Shown: one piece after another, positions 33,993-44,215 of the stretch
How positions within the stretch are numbered: position 1 is the first letter of the stretch
Layout of the letters: each line of letters starts with the position of its first letter
The notes under the pieces: model-generated
What the model saw: the letters and a program-made list of their open reading frames with translations, nothing else
Told to the model about the DNA's origin: nothing
The model's database searches: none
Assembly (NCBI GenBank): GCA_965652075.1
Contig: CBFGTN010000003.1
Coordinates: 5,402-69,401, forward strand
Direction of reading: 5' to 3'
From: an uncultured bacterium
GTDB taxonomy: Bacteria > Chloroflexota > Limnocylindria > QHBO01
DNA: 64,000 bases
Program-made: the position numbers and the translations under genes

Positions 33993-36434
33993 ATGCGCGT
34001 GCCGCTGTCCTGGCTGCGCGACTACGTCGACGTCGAGCTGCCGCCGCAGCGGCTCGCGGAGGAGCTGACGATGCGGGGGATGGAGGTCGACACGATCGAG
34101 GCGGCCGGGGCCGGCTGGACCGATGTCGTCGTCGGCCGCGTCCTCGAGGTGCGCCGTCACCCGAACGCCGACACGCTGTGGCTGACGCGGGTCGATGTCG
34201 GGGACGCCGGCGGGGAGCTCGACATCGTGTGCGGTGCCCAGAACCTCGAGGCCGGCCAGCTCGTGCCGACAGCGCTCGTCGGGGCGATGCTTCCCGGCAA
34301 TCGGCGCATCGAGCGGACGAAGATCCGCGGCGAGGTGAGCAACGGGATGCTGTGCAGCGCCATCGAGCTCGAGCTCGGCAGCGACGCCGACGGGATCCAC
34401 ATCCTCGGTCACGGTGACGAGCTCGCGCTCGGAGCGCCGGTCGCGGAGGTCGTCGGCGAGACCGTCCTCGACGTCGACGTCAAGCCGAACCGGGGCGACG
34501 CGCTGAGCATGGTCGGCCTGGCGCGGGAGATCGCGGCGATCACCGGCGGCCCGCTGCGACTGCCCGACGCGACGGTGGACGAGGCCGATGACGCCGCGGC
34601 CGATCACGTCGTGGTCCGGATCGACGACCCCGAGCTCAACCCGCGCTTCACGGCCCGCGTCTTCACCGACGTCGCGAACGGGCCGTCGCCGGACTGGATG
34701 CAGCGACGACTGGTGGCGGCCGGGATGCGTCCGATCAGCGCGGTCGTGGACGTCACGAACTACGTCATGCACGAGCTCGGTCAGCCGATGCACGCCTATG
34801 ACGCGGACACGATCCCGGGTGGCGAGATCGTCGTCCGGCGCGCGCGGCCCGGCGAGACGCTCGAGACGATCGACCACGTGGAGCGTGAGCTCGACGAGCG
34901 GATGCTCGTCATCGCCGACCGCGAGCGACCGATCGGCCTCGCCGGGATCATGGGCGGCGCGTCGACTGAGGTCGGGGAGCGGACGTCGAACGTCATCCTC
35001 GAGTCGGCGATCTTCCACGGCCCGATGATCCGCAACACGGCGCGCCGGCTCGGGCTGCGGTCGGAGGCCAGCATGCGCCACGAGAAGGGCATCGGGCACG
35101 AGCTGCCGCGCTTCGCCGCCGATCGCGCGGCGAGGCTCATCGCCGAGATCACCGGCGCGCGCGTGGCGCGCGGGATCGTCGACAACGACCCGGAGCCCAA
35201 GCCGCCACGCCGGGTGACGGTCGAGGTGCGGCGCATGCGGCGGCTGCTCGGGATCGACGTCGATGCCGCGCGGGTCCGCGAGCTGCTGGAGCCGCTCGGG
35301 TTCGCGGTGGCCGGCGACGGCGACGAGCTCGAGGTCGAGGTGCCGTCCCATCGGCTGGACGTCGCGCTCCCTGCGGACGTCGCGGAGGAGGTCGCGCGCG
35401 CCCACGGCTACGAGCGGATCGACGGCCGGCTCCCCGAGGCCGCGCTGCCGCCGTACCGCACGGACCCGAGCGAGCCGCGCCACGTCGTGCGTCGGGTCCT
35501 CGCCGGCCTCGGTCTCGACGAGGTCATCGGGCATGCGCTCATCGGTCCGGACGATCTCGAGCGAGTCCGGCGCGATCCAGACGACCCGGAGCTCGTTCGG
35601 CTGTACAACCCGCTGAGTCCGCAACACTCGATCCTGCGACCCTCGATGACGCCCTCGATGCTTGCGGGACTCGCCGAGAACGCGAGGCGGCGGCGGCACG
35701 ACGCGTGGCTCTTCGACATTGGCAAGGTCTACCGATATCCCGCGACGGCGTCGCCCCGTGACCGCGCGTCGGAGACGGCGGGCACCGGCCGGTACGAGTC
35801 GTGGGAGCTCGGCATCGCCCTCGCGGGCAGCGCGGCCCCCGCCGCGCCCGGGCAGGCGCCGCTCGTCGCGGACGTCGCCGCGCTGAAGGGGCTCGTGGAC
35901 GCGCTGCATGACGGGCTCGGAGCCCCCCGCCCGGCCTATCGTCCCGAGCCCGACGGCGAGCGGCACGCGCACCGTCACCCCGGACGCACCGCGCTCATCG
36001 CCGACGCCGCCGGACGCGCGTACGGATCCCTCGGCGAGGTGCATCCGCGCATCGTCGAGGCCTGGGGTCTCGTGGGACGCCCGGTCGACGCCGCCATCGA
36101 CCTCGGCCGGCTGCTGTCGCTCGCGCCGGACGTGGTGCACGCCGTGCCCGTTCCGCCCGCCCAGCCGGTCGACCGCGACCTGGCGGTCGTCGTCGGCGAT
36201 GACGTGCCGGTCGGCGAGGTGCTCCGGATCGCGCGGACGGCGGCGGGCCCACGGCTGGATGGGGTACGGCTGTTCGACGTCTACCGCGGCGAGCAGATCG
36301 GCGATGGCCGGGTGAGCTACGCCCTGGCGTTCCGGTTCCAGCCGCTCGAGAGCGGCGACGAGGCGGAGGTCGATCGGGCGCTGAACAAAGTGAGGGGATC
36401 GCTCCAGCACCACCTTGGGGCCGAGATCCGGTAG
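33993..36434 (+). CDS. pheT: Phenylalanyl-tRNA synthetase beta subunit
   Basis: MRVPLSWLRDYVD..., a tRNA-binding OB domain (HPNADTLWLTRVDVG), B3/4 and B5 regions, and a C-terminal FDX-ACB-like domain are present. Confidence 0.95.
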   Translation: MRVPLSWLRDYVDVELPPQRLAEELTMRGMEVDTIEAAGAGWTDVVVGRVLEVRRHPNADTLWLTRVDVGDAGGELDIVCGAQNLEAGQLVPTALVGAMLPGNRRIERTKIRGEVSNGMLCSAIELELGSDADGIHILGHGDELALGAPVAEVVGETVLDVDVKPNRGDALSMVGLAREIAAITGGPLRLPDATVDEADDAAADHVVVRIDDPELNPRFTARVFTDVANGPSPDWMQRRLVAAGMRPISAVVDVTNYVMHELGQPMHAYDADTIPGGEIVVRRARPGETLETIDHVERELDERMLVIADRERPIGLAGIMGGASTEVGERTSNVILESAIFHGPMIRNTARRLGLRSEASMRHEKGIGHELPRFAADRAARLIAEITGARVARGIVDNDPEPKPPRRVTVEVRRMRRLLGIDVDAARVRELLEPLGFAVAGDGDELEVEVPSHRLDVALPADVAEEVARAHGYERIDGRLPEAALPPYRTDPSEPRHVVRRVLAGLGLDEVIGHALIGPDDLERVRRDPDDPELVRLYNPLSPQHSILRPSMTPSMLAGLAENARRRRHDAWLFDIGKVYRYPATASPRDRASETAGTGRYESWELGIALAGSAAPAAPGQAPLVADVAALKGLVDALHDGLGAPRPAYRPEPDGERHAHRHPGRTALIADAAGRAYGSLGEVHPRIVEAWGLVGRPVDAAIDLGRLLSLAPDVVHAVPVPPAQPVDRDLAVVVGDDVPVGEVLRIARTAAGPRLDGVRLFDVYRGEQIGDGRVSYALAFRFQPLESGDEAEVDRALNKVRGSLQHHLGAEIR

Positions 36435-36486
36435 GAGGATCGGTCTGTTGTCGGCCGCTCGACCGGGCTGCTACCCTTGCGCGCGC

Positions 36487-36508
36487 CCGAGCGCCAGTCG
36501 GCGCTCGG
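36487..36508 (+). terminator. Hairpin downstream of pheT; possible terminator without a U-tract
   Basis: CCGAGCGCC-agtc-GGCGCTCGG is a perfect 9-bp stem. No T-run follows. Confidence 0.3.
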
Positions 36509-36530
36509 CCTGCAATCGGGAGGTCATCGC

Positions 36531-37082
36531 GTGGAGCTGGTCCAGGACCTGAGCTGGGTCGACCTGGCGATCATCGCCGTCCTGGCGGTCGGCGTGTTCG
36601 CGGGGTTCACGCAGGGGACGATCGTCTACGCCCTGAACTGCCTGGCCACCATCGTGGCCTTCATCGTCGCCGCGCAGCTGCGCGGCCCGCTGTTCGACCT
36701 CCTCGGCTTCTGGACGGCCTTCACGCCCGAGGGCCGCGAGCTGATCCTGTTCATCGTGCTGTGGGTGGGCCTGACGATCGCCGCGTGGGTCGTCATCTGG
36801 GCGACGTACAAGCGCAGTCGCCTTCCGCTGCCGAAGCAGCTCGACGAGATCGGCGGGGCGCTGCTCGGCCTGCTCTACGTCGCGCTCGTCCTCAGCCTGC
36901 AGCTCATCGTCCTCGACAGCTACTTCCTGGACGGCGGCCCGACGAGCGGCTGGCTGCACGGCTACTACGTGGGGCTCAATGACTCGCTGATCGTCGGGTT
37001 CCTCCGCGAGTCGCTCATCCCCGTCGTCGGCTTCGTCGTGAGCCCCTTCGTTCCGGACGAGATCGCCGACCTCTTCTCGTGA
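36531..37082 (+). CDS. CvpA-family membrane protein
   Basis: WVDLAIIAVLAVGVFAGFTQGTIVYALNCLATIVAFIVAAQL is typical of CvpA. The GTG at 36531 is preceded by a GGGAGG SD at a 7-nt spacing. Confidence 0.75.
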   Translation: MELVQDLSWVDLAIIAVLAVGVFAGFTQGTIVYALNCLATIVAFIVAAQLRGPLFDLLGFWTAFTPEGRELILFIVLWVGLTIAAWVVIWATYKRSRLPLPKQLDEIGGALLGLLYVALVLSLQLIVLDSYFLDGGPTSGWLHGYYVGLNDSLIVGFLRESLIPVVGFVVSPFVPDEIADLFS

Positions 37083-37690
37083 GCGGGGCGCCGGCGCGTC
37101 GCGCGACCGCCGGGGAGGCGACCTGGTTCGATCGGGCCGCCGCTGAGCTGGCGATCGACCTGCTCGGCAGCCGCATCGTCCATGACGCCTCTGAGGGGAG
37201 TGTCGGCGGCCGGATCGTCGAGGTCGAGGCATACCTCGGTCCCGAGGACCTCGCCGCGCACTCTGCCCGCGGCCGCACGCCGCGCAACGAGGCGATGTTC
37301 GGCCCGCCGGGCCACCTGTACGTCTACCTGGTGTACGGGCTCCACCACTGCCTGAACGTCGTGGCCGGGCCGGGGCACAAACCGGAGGCGGTGCTCGTCC
37401 GCGCCGTCTCGCTCGACGAAGGCGTGGACCTCGCGCGACGGCGGCGGGGGCCGGACGCGCCGGACCGGCGGCTGGCGTCCGGACCCGGCAATGTCGGCCA
37501 GGCGCTCGGTGTCGACCGTACGCTGAATGGCATCGACCTGCTGACCGGCCCGGTCCGCGTCGAGCCCGGCGTCGGTCCGCCGTCGAGCGTGAGCCGCGGG
37601 CCGCGCGTCGGCGTCGCCTACGCGGGGCCGTGGGCGGCTCGGCACCTGCGCTTCTGGATCACCGATGACCCGCACGTCTCCCGTCGCTGA
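37079..37690 (+). CDS. mpg: DNA-3-methyladenine glycosylase (AAG/Mpg family)
   Basis: LLGSRIV...GRIVEVEAYLGPEDLAAHSARGRTPRNEAMFGPPGHLYVYLVYGLHHCLNVV...GPGNVGQALG. Confidence 0.9.
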   Translation: MSGAPARRATAGEATWFDRAAAELAIDLLGSRIVHDASEGSVGGRIVEVEAYLGPEDLAAHSARGRTPRNEAMFGPPGHLYVYLVYGLHHCLNVVAGPGHKPEAVLVRAVSLDEGVDLARRRRGPDAPDRRLASGPGNVGQALGVDRTLNGIDLLTGPVRVEPGVGPPSSVSRGPRVGVAYAGPWAARHLRFWITDDPHVSRR

Positions 37691-40076
37691 TCTCGCATCC
37701 GCGTCGGCCGCCGACGCCGGCACGCTCCGCGCGCTCGAGTTCGGGACGATCGTCGAGCAGCTGGCGGCACACACCTCGTTCGAGCCATCGCGTGAGCTCG
37801 CGCTCGCGTCGGTCCCGGTTGCCGACACCGCCCACGTCGGCCTGCTCCAGGACCAGACCGATGAGGCGGACCGCCTCCTCGCGGACCAGGCCCAGGCGAG
37901 CATCGGCGGAGCGAGGGACATCCGCGGGGCGATCGACCGTGCCGCGCGGGGAGGGCGTCTGACGCCGGCCGAGCTGCTCGAGGTTGGTGAGACCCTGGAG
38001 GCGACCGAGCGGTTCGCGGCGCGGTTGAAGTCCTGGCGCGGCCCGCATCTGTCGGCCGTCCGCGACGATCTCGACCCCGCACCCGAGCTCGCAGCCAGGA
38101 TCGAGCGCAGCGTCGATGATGCCGGCGAGGTGCTCGACACCGCCTCGAACGAGCTCGCCGCGATCCGGAAGCGGATGCGCACCGCGCAGGATCGAGTGCG
38201 CGAACGCCTGAACGCGATGCTGCGCTCGTCGTCGATGGCCGGGATCATCGGCGAGGCGATCGTCACCGTCCGGGCGGGGCGCTACGTCATCCCGATCCGC
38301 GCCGAGGCGAAGGGCAGGCTGAAGGGGATCGTCCACGACCAGAGCGCCTCCGGCGCGACGCTCTTCGTCGAGCCGCTCACCGTCGTCGAGCTGAACAACA
38401 CCTGGACGGAGGCGACGCTCGCCGCGGAGCGCGAGGAGGAGCGCATCCTCGATGAGCTCTCGCGCGCCGTGGAGGAGCGGGCGGATTCGCTGCGCGACAG
38501 CCTCACCGCCCTCGCCCGCGCCGACCTGTGGCTCGCGCGCGCCCGTCTCGGAGCCGCGATGGACGGCGTACGGCCCTCCGTCGTCGAGGATGCGGCCGAG
38601 CTGCTCTCCGCCCGTCATCCGCTGCTCGGCGCATCGGCGGTCCCGATCGACCTTCGCCTGGGGGACCGCTTCGGCTATCGGGCGCTCGTGGTGACCGGCC
38701 CGAACACGGGTGGCAAGACCGTGTCGCTCAAGACGCTCGGCCTCCTGGCGCTCATGCATCAGGCCGGGCTCCGCGTTCCCGCCGCCGACGGCGCGCGCCT
38801 GCCGGCCTTCCGCTCGGTGATGGCCGACATCGGCGACGAGCAGAGCATCGCGCAGTCGCTGTCGACGTTCTCGAGCCACCTCCGCAACGTCGTGCGCTTC
38901 GTCGCCGACGCGGGGCCGGCGATGCTCGTGCTGCTCGACGAGGTCGGAGCTGGAACCGATCCGGCGGAGGGGTCGGCCCTGGCGATGGCCATCCTCAGCC
39001 GGCTCCTCGACGCGGGCGCGATGGTCGCGGCCACGACCCACTACGCGGAGCTGAAGACGTTCGCCACCGAGCATCCCGGCGTCAGCAACGCGGCGGTCGA
39101 GTTCGACGTGACCACGCTGCGCCCGACATACCGGCTCACGATCGGGCTCCCCGGAAAGAGCCAGGCATTCGCCATCGCCGAGCGCCTCGGCCTCCCGGAG
39201 GCGATCCTGGCCGACGCGCGGGACCGGATCTCGGCGGAGCACGCCTCGATGGAGGAGACGCTGGCGGCGATCGCGGCCGCCGAGCGGGCCCAGTCGGACG
39301 CGCTGGATGCGGCCAAGGCGGAACGCGCGGCCGCGGCGGACGATCGAGAGCTGGCAAAGAGCGGCGTCGCGAAGGCGCGGCAAGAGGCGGCTCAGCTCCT
39401 CGCCGAGGCACGGCGCTCCGCCGACGAGCTCGTCGCGCGGGCGGAGCGCGAGGTCGCCGATCTCCGTCGCGAGATGACCCGCCAGCGCAACCTGGCCGGC
39501 GGCAAGCGCGGCACGAGCGCGGCGGCACTCGACGAGCTCAATCGTCGCGCGGCCCGCGCGAGGACCGAGCCGACGGGTCCGGCTCCGGAGGCACCCGACG
39601 TGGCCGCCGAGGAGGGCCTCCAGCCCCGCGTCGGCCTGTTCGGGCGGTCGCGGACCCTCGGCAGCAGCGGCCGGATCGTCGAGATCAGCGGGCGCACCGG
39701 GCGGGTGACGCTCGAGACGGAGGGCGCGCGCCTCGTCGTGCCGGCGGACGACGTCGAGGTCGTGCCCGAGCCGATCGCTGGCCCCTCTCCGCGGGACCTC
39801 GAGGCCGAGGAGATGCGCCGGCGCGCGGCGGCCCGCGTCTCGCCGCGCCTCGACCTGCACGGAGAGCGCGTCGAAGCCGCGCTCGAGCGCCTTCATGCCC
39901 ATCTCGACGACGCGCTGCTCGCCGGCCTCGACGAGGTCGTGATCGTCCATGGCATCGGCACCGGCGCCCTGCGGCGGGCCGTCCGCGAGGCGCTCGCGGA
40001 GCATCCCCGCGTCCGTGCGGTCCGAGGCGGGCGGAAGGACGAGGGCGGCGACGGGGCGACGGTCGCGGAGCTCTAG
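37665..40076 (+). CDS. mutS2: Endonuclease MutS2 (MutS-like ATPase with C-terminal Smr domain)
   Basis: Walker A is VVTGPNTGGKTVSLK and Walker B is LVLLDEVGAGTDP. The Smr domain reads LDLHGERVEAAL...VIVHGIGTGALRRAV. Confidence 0.93.
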   Translation: MTRTSPVADLASASAADAGTLRALEFGTIVEQLAAHTSFEPSRELALASVPVADTAHVGLLQDQTDEADRLLADQAQASIGGARDIRGAIDRAARGGRLTPAELLEVGETLEATERFAARLKSWRGPHLSAVRDDLDPAPELAARIERSVDDAGEVLDTASNELAAIRKRMRTAQDRVRERLNAMLRSSSMAGIIGEAIVTVRAGRYVIPIRAEAKGRLKGIVHDQSASGATLFVEPLTVVELNNTWTEATLAAEREEERILDELSRAVEERADSLRDSLTALARADLWLARARLGAAMDGVRPSVVEDAAELLSARHPLLGASAVPIDLRLGDRFGYRALVVTGPNTGGKTVSLKTLGLLALMHQAGLRVPAADGARLPAFRSVMADIGDEQSIAQSLSTFSSHLRNVVRFVADAGPAMLVLLDEVGAGTDPAEGSALAMAILSRLLDAGAMVAATTHYAELKTFATEHPGVSNAAVEFDVTTLRPTYRLTIGLPGKSQAFAIAERLGLPEAILADARDRISAEHASMEETLAAIAAAERAQSDALDAAKAERAAAADDRELAKSGVAKARQEAAQLLAEARRSADELVARAEREVADLRREMTRQRNLAGGKRGTSAAALDELNRRAARARTEPTGPAPEAPDVAAEEGLQPRVGLFGRSRTLGSSGRIVEISGRTGRVTLETEGARLVVPADDVEVVPEPIAGPSPRDLEAEEMRRRAAARVSPRLDLHGERVEAALERLHAHLDDALLAGLDEVVIVHGIGTGALRRAVREALAEHPRVRAVRGGRKDEGGDGATVAEL

Positions 40077-42799
40077 GGCTCCGGCGTCGGCGTCGGGGTG
40101 GGCGTCGGCTCCGGGGTGATGGCCGGCGTCGGCGTCGGGGTGGGCGTCGGCTCCGGGGTCGGGGACGGCGTCGGCGACGGCGACGGCGTGGGTGTCGACG
40201 TCGGGAACTCGCCCGGCGTGCACTCCTCGAGCGGCGCCAGCGGCGCGTCGATGGGGCCGGGGAAGGGCTGCCGCAACGATGCGTTGAGCTCGTCTTCGCG
40301 CCCGATCCAGAGCTCGAGCCACTCGCGGTTCGACTCGTCCCAGGCCTCGTGGTGGTCCTCCCATCCGTCGAGGTCGAGGTACACCCGGAGTGCAGGCTCC
40401 GGTGGCGCGGGAGATGCGTCCGGGTCGGTTGGCTCCGGTGGCCCCTCGGTCTCGAAGTCGCCGCAGCCCTCCTGCCAGATCTTGCCCGACTCCGCCTCGA
40501 TCGCGAGCTCACGATGCGCCGAGTCGTCCTGGCTGGGCTGGACCTCCGTGCGCACGAGCTCCGTCACCGTCGTGATCGTGTGCTCGCCCGGCAGCAGGCC
40601 GCTGATCGCGTCGACCGTGACCTCGGTGATGCCGTCGGGCCGGCGGAAGTCGTACACGGGCAGGTCGTTGAGCTCGGCCACCTCGGCCATGTAGTCGTGC
40701 CAGATGAACGTCGGTCCATCGGCCGCGAAGACGTCCTGGATCGGGCTGAAGTCGCTGTTCCCGACCCACACGCCGGTGACGATCGCGCCGGTCGGGTCGT
40801 CCGGGTCGTCCGGGTTGCCGGCGATGTAGCCGTAGGCCTGGAGGTCGCGGAAGTCGTTCGTCGTCCCGGTCTTCAGCGTCGCCGGGCGGCGTCCGCCTTC
40901 GGCCTGGAGCTGGAAGCGGGGTCCCCACAGCGGGTTCTGAGCAGGGTCGGTGTTGTCGGCGAGGATGTCGGTCACGAGGTAGGACGACGCGGCGGTCAGC
41001 ACCTGCTCGCCGTCGCCGGCATCGGTCGCGTGGTCGTAGATGACGTTCCCGTCCGAGTCCTCGATGCGCTCGATGAGGTATGGCTCCATGAGCCGCCCCT
41101 CATTGGCGATCGCGCCGTACGCGCCGGCCAGGTCGATCTGGTGAATCCCGAGCGTGCCGAGCGTGAGCGACGGCACGGCGAACTCCCCGTTGTGCGCGGG
41201 GTCGAACTCGAGCCCGAGGCCCTGGGCCATGGCCACGACCTCTTCTGAGCCGATGAGCTGCTGCGCCTTGGAGACCGGGATGTTGAGCGAGTACTTCAGG
41301 GCATCGCGGACGCGAACGGGGCCGCGCTCGCGTCCGTCGGCATTCGGGGGATCGAAGCCGCCGGCGATGTTCGTCCGGACGTCCATGAACATCGTGGCCG
41401 GCGTGATCACGCCGTCCTCGAAGCCGGTGGCGTACGTGATCGGCTTGAAGGCCGATCCGGATTGGCGGAACGCCTGTCCGATGACGTCGAACTTCGGCTG
41501 GTGCTCGGGGGTCGCGTCACCATAGAAGTTCGCGGAGCCGACATAGGCGAGCACGGCGCCGGTCCGGTAGTTGATCGTCACCAGCGCGTCGTTGTTGATG
41601 TTCCGGCCCTGGAGCTGCTTGATCCAGGCGAGGGCGGGCTCGCCGTACTTCTCGATCAGCTCCTCATCGGTCATGCGGTCCATGTCGTAGCCGACGGCCG
41701 CCCACTTCTCCGCGGAGCGCTGGTACCCGGCGTAGTCGAGCGTGGTGTGGATCCGCAGGCCCCCGGTGTCGAGCAGGTCCTCGCCCTCCAGCAGCTCGCT
41801 CGCCTCGCGGCGGACGGCGAAGACGAAGTGAGGCGCCAGGTATCGGTTGCCGCGCTGTGGCGCCAGGATGATCTGCTCGGCCACGGCCTCGTCGTGCTGC
41901 TCCTGGGTGATGAAGCCCGACTGGAGCATCTGCGCGAGGACGAAGTCGCGGACGACGATCGCCTGCGCGGTCTCCGGGACGACCAGCACGCGCCGGCCGT
42001 CGATCTCCGTTCGGACGGCCTCGGTCGTCGGATCCAGCCGCGATGGCGCCCGGACGAGCCCGGCGAGCATCGCCGCCTCGCTGACGGTCAGCTGATCCTC
42101 CGGGGCGTCTGAGGTCAGGTCCTTGCGGAAGTACGCGTTCGCGGCTGCCCAGATCCCGTAGGCGCGGTTCCCGTAGTAGGACTGGTTCATGTACATCTCG
42201 AGGATCTGCTGCTTCCCGTCCGTCCCGGGGTAGCGCCCGTCGAGACGGAGGGCCAGGACCGCTTCCTTGATCTTGCGCTCCACCTGCCGATCGGGATCTG
42301 CCATGAGGTCGGCACTGAAGAGCCGCATCCGAACGAGCTGCTGGCAGATCGTCGAGGCGCCGGACACCGTCTGGCCGGCCTGGAAGTTCTGGAGGAACGC
42401 CCGCACGATGCTCCGGAAGTCGACGCACGGGTTGTCCCAGAAGCTCTGGTCCTCCGCCGCGACCTGCGCGTCGACCATGACCTTCGGGATGTTCTCGAAC
42501 GAGATCTCGCGGCGGTCCTCGATGGCGAAGGTCGCCAGCTCCCGTCCGTCGGCCGAGAGGACGGTCGAGCCCTGGGCGAGATCGAAGTCCTCGATCTCCT
42601 CGACGGGCGGGAGGTCGCTCGTGTACGTCGCGTACACGCTGAGGAGCCCGCCGAACAGCGCGAGCGCCGCGAGGCCGAAGGCGATGAGGATGATGCGGGG
42701 GAGCGCCGTCGACCCGGGTCGGCGTCGCGGAACGGTTCCCCCGGCCCCCCGACGCGGTGCGGATCCCCGGCCCGGCGGCGGCGGCGGTCGTCGGGTCAT
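40073..42799 (-). CDS. Class A penicillin-binding protein (GT51 glycosyltransferase plus transpeptidase) with a Pro/Thr-rich C-terminal tail
   Basis: The GT51 motif is AAEDQSFWDNP. Transpeptidase motifs are SGSAFKP (SxxK) and KTGTT. An N-terminal TM anchor is present. The C-terminus reads TPTPSPSPTPSPTPEPTPTPTPTP... Confidence 0.92.
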   Translation of the reverse strand: MTRRPPPPPGRGSAPRRGAGGTVPRRRPGSTALPRIILIAFGLAALALFGGLLSVYATYTSDLPPVEEIEDFDLAQGSTVLSADGRELATFAIEDRREISFENIPKVMVDAQVAAEDQSFWDNPCVDFRSIVRAFLQNFQAGQTVSGASTICQQLVRMRLFSADLMADPDRQVERKIKEAVLALRLDGRYPGTDGKQQILEMYMNQSYYGNRAYGIWAAANAYFRKDLTSDAPEDQLTVSEAAMLAGLVRAPSRLDPTTEAVRTEIDGRRVLVVPETAQAIVVRDFVLAQMLQSGFITQEQHDEAVAEQIILAPQRGNRYLAPHFVFAVRREASELLEGEDLLDTGGLRIHTTLDYAGYQRSAEKWAAVGYDMDRMTDEELIEKYGEPALAWIKQLQGRNINNDALVTINYRTGAVLAYVGSANFYGDATPEHQPKFDVIGQAFRQSGSAFKPITYATGFEDGVITPATMFMDVRTNIAGGFDPPNADGRERGPVRVRDALKYSLNIPVSKAQQLIGSEEVVAMAQGLGLEFDPAHNGEFAVPSLTLGTLGIHQIDLAGAYGAIANEGRLMEPYLIERIEDSDGNVIYDHATDAGDGEQVLTAASSYLVTDILADNTDPAQNPLWGPRFQLQAEGGRRPATLKTGTTNDFRDLQAYGYIAGNPDDPDDPTGAIVTGVWVGNSDFSPIQDVFAADGPTFIWHDYMAEVAELNDLPVYDFRRPDGITEVTVDAISGLLPGEHTITTVTELVRTEVQPSQDDSAHRELAIEAESGKIWQEGCGDFETEGPPEPTDPDASPAPPEPALRVYLDLDGWEDHHEAWDESNREWLELWIGREDELNASLRQPFPGPIDAPLAPLEECTPGEFPTSTPTPSPSPTPSPTPEPTPTPTPTPAITPEPTPTPTPTPEP
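40081..40159. repeat. In-frame tandem duplication inside the PBP tail: a 37-bp perfect direct repeat with 42-bp period
   Basis: CCGGCGTCGGCGTCGGGGTGGGCGTCGGCTCCGGGGT occurs at 40081..40117 and again at 40123..40159. It encodes the PEPTPTPTPTP repeats on the minus strand. Confidence 0.85.
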
Positions 42800-42910
42800 T
42801 CGCGCGGCAGGGTAGCACGGCAGCCGGTCTCGGGCCGTTCACCGCCATGGATCGTCAGCACCGATCCCTGACGCACTCGACGGCGCCGGCGTTACCCGTC
42901 AGGGCGTCCG

Positions 42911-42916
42911 TATACT
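42911..42916 (+). promoter_or_regulatory. Candidate -10 box (TATACT) for a leaderless tyrS transcript
   Basis: TATACT ends 6 nt before the ATG at 42923. No SD is present. This is a striking AT hexamer in a GC-rich context. Confidence 0.4.
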
Positions 42917-42922
42917 CCTCCG

Positions 42923-44215
42923 ATGGCATCGCCGGAGGCGCGGACCGCGGTCCTCGACGACCTCGACTGGCGGCGGATGATCGCCGACCACACGGATCTC
43001 GACGCCCTCCGCGCGGCATTCGACGCCGCCCCGGTCGCGTTCTACGCGGGATTCGACCCGACGGCCGAGAGCCTGCATTTCGGCAACCTCGTGCAGCTCG
43101 TGACGATGCGCCGGCTCCAGCTCGCCGGCCATCGCCCGGTTGGGCTCGTCGGGGGCGCGACCGGCCTCGTCGGCGACCCGAGCGGCCGCACGTCCGAGCG
43201 CCAGCTGCACGATCGCGAGGTCATCACCGGCTGGGTCGAGCGCATCCGCTCTCAGGTGGAGCGCTACCTCGACTTCAGCGGCGAGAACGCGGCGATCGTC
43301 GCGAACAACCTCGACTGGACCGGCGAGCTGAGTGCGATCGACTGGCTCCGCGACGTCGGCAAGCACTTCAGCGTCAACCGGATGCTGGCGAAGGAGGCGG
43401 TCGCGGCGCGCCTCGACGCCGGGGGCATCAGCTACACCGAGTTCAGCTACCAGGTCATGCAGGCGCTCGACTTCCTCGAGCTGTACCGCCGCCACGGCGT
43501 CACGCTGCAGCTCGGGGGCAGCGATCAGTGGGGCAACCTCACGGCGGGAGTCGACCTGATCCGACGGGTCGAGGGGGTCGTCGTCCACGCGCTCGCGACG
43601 CCGCTCATCACGCGGCCCGACGGCGAGAAGTTCGGGAAGAGCACGGGATCGACCCTGTGGCTGGACGCCGAGCTCACGAGCCCCTTCGCCTTCTACCAGT
43701 GGTTCGTCAACACCGACGACAGTGTTGCCGGCACCTACCTGCGCGTCTTCAGCTTCCGCTCCGCGGAGGAGATCGAGGCGCTCGAAGCGTCCGTCGCGGA
43801 GCGTCCGGACGCGCGCGAGGCACAGCGCGCGCTGGCACACGAGGTGACCGAGCTCGTGCATGGGGCCGATGCGGCCGCTCGCGCGGCTGACGCCAGCCGC
43901 GCCCTGTTCGGTGACGGCGACCTCGCGGCCCTCGACGCGGAGACGCTGGAGGCGGCCTTCGCCGACCTGCCGCGAGCGGACATCGGCGCCGCCAACGGCA
44001 TCCCGCCGGTGCTGGACCTCCTCGTCGCATCCGGGCTCTCCGAGAGCCGTGGCCAGGCCCGCCGCGTGGTCGGCGAGGGCGGGGCCTACGTGAACAACCG
44101 CCGCGTCACCGATCCGGCGTCGGCACCCGACCGCTCAGAGCTGCTCGCGGGCCGGTGGCTGCTCCTCCGGCGCGGGAAGCGTCACCTGGCCGTCGCCGAG
44201 GTGCGGGCGACGTGA
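42923..44215 (+). CDS. tyrS: Tyrosyl-tRNA synthetase
   Basis: The HIGH-type motif is ESLHFGNL and the KMSKS-type motif is KFGKS. A C-terminal S4-like domain is present (GQARRVVGEGGAYVNNRRV). Confidence 0.95.
   Translation: MASPEARTAVLDDLDWRRMIADHTDLDALRAAFDAAPVAFYAGFDPTAESLHFGNLVQLVTMRRLQLAGHRPVGLVGGATGLVGDPSGRTSERQLHDREVITGWVERIRSQVERYLDFSGENAAIVANNLDWTGELSAIDWLRDVGKHFSVNRMLAKEAVAARLDAGGISYTEFSYQVMQALDFLELYRRHGVTLQLGGSDQWGNLTAGVDLIRRVEGVVVHALATPLITRPDGEKFGKSTGSTLWLDAELTSPFAFYQWFVNTDDSVAGTYLRVFSFRSAEEIEALEASVAERPDAREAQRALAHEVTELVHGADAAARAADASRALFGDGDLAALDAETLEAAFADLPRADIGAANGIPPVLDLLVASGLSESRGQARRVVGEGGAYVNNRRVTDPASAPDRSELLAGRWLLLRRGKRHLAVAEVRAT

Noticed and set aside
40079-40215. Short-period repeats that could suggest a CRISPR or minisatellite array.
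   Set aside because: The repeats are in frame inside the PBP ORF and encode a Pro/Thr linker. There is no repeat-spacer alternation and there are no cas genes.
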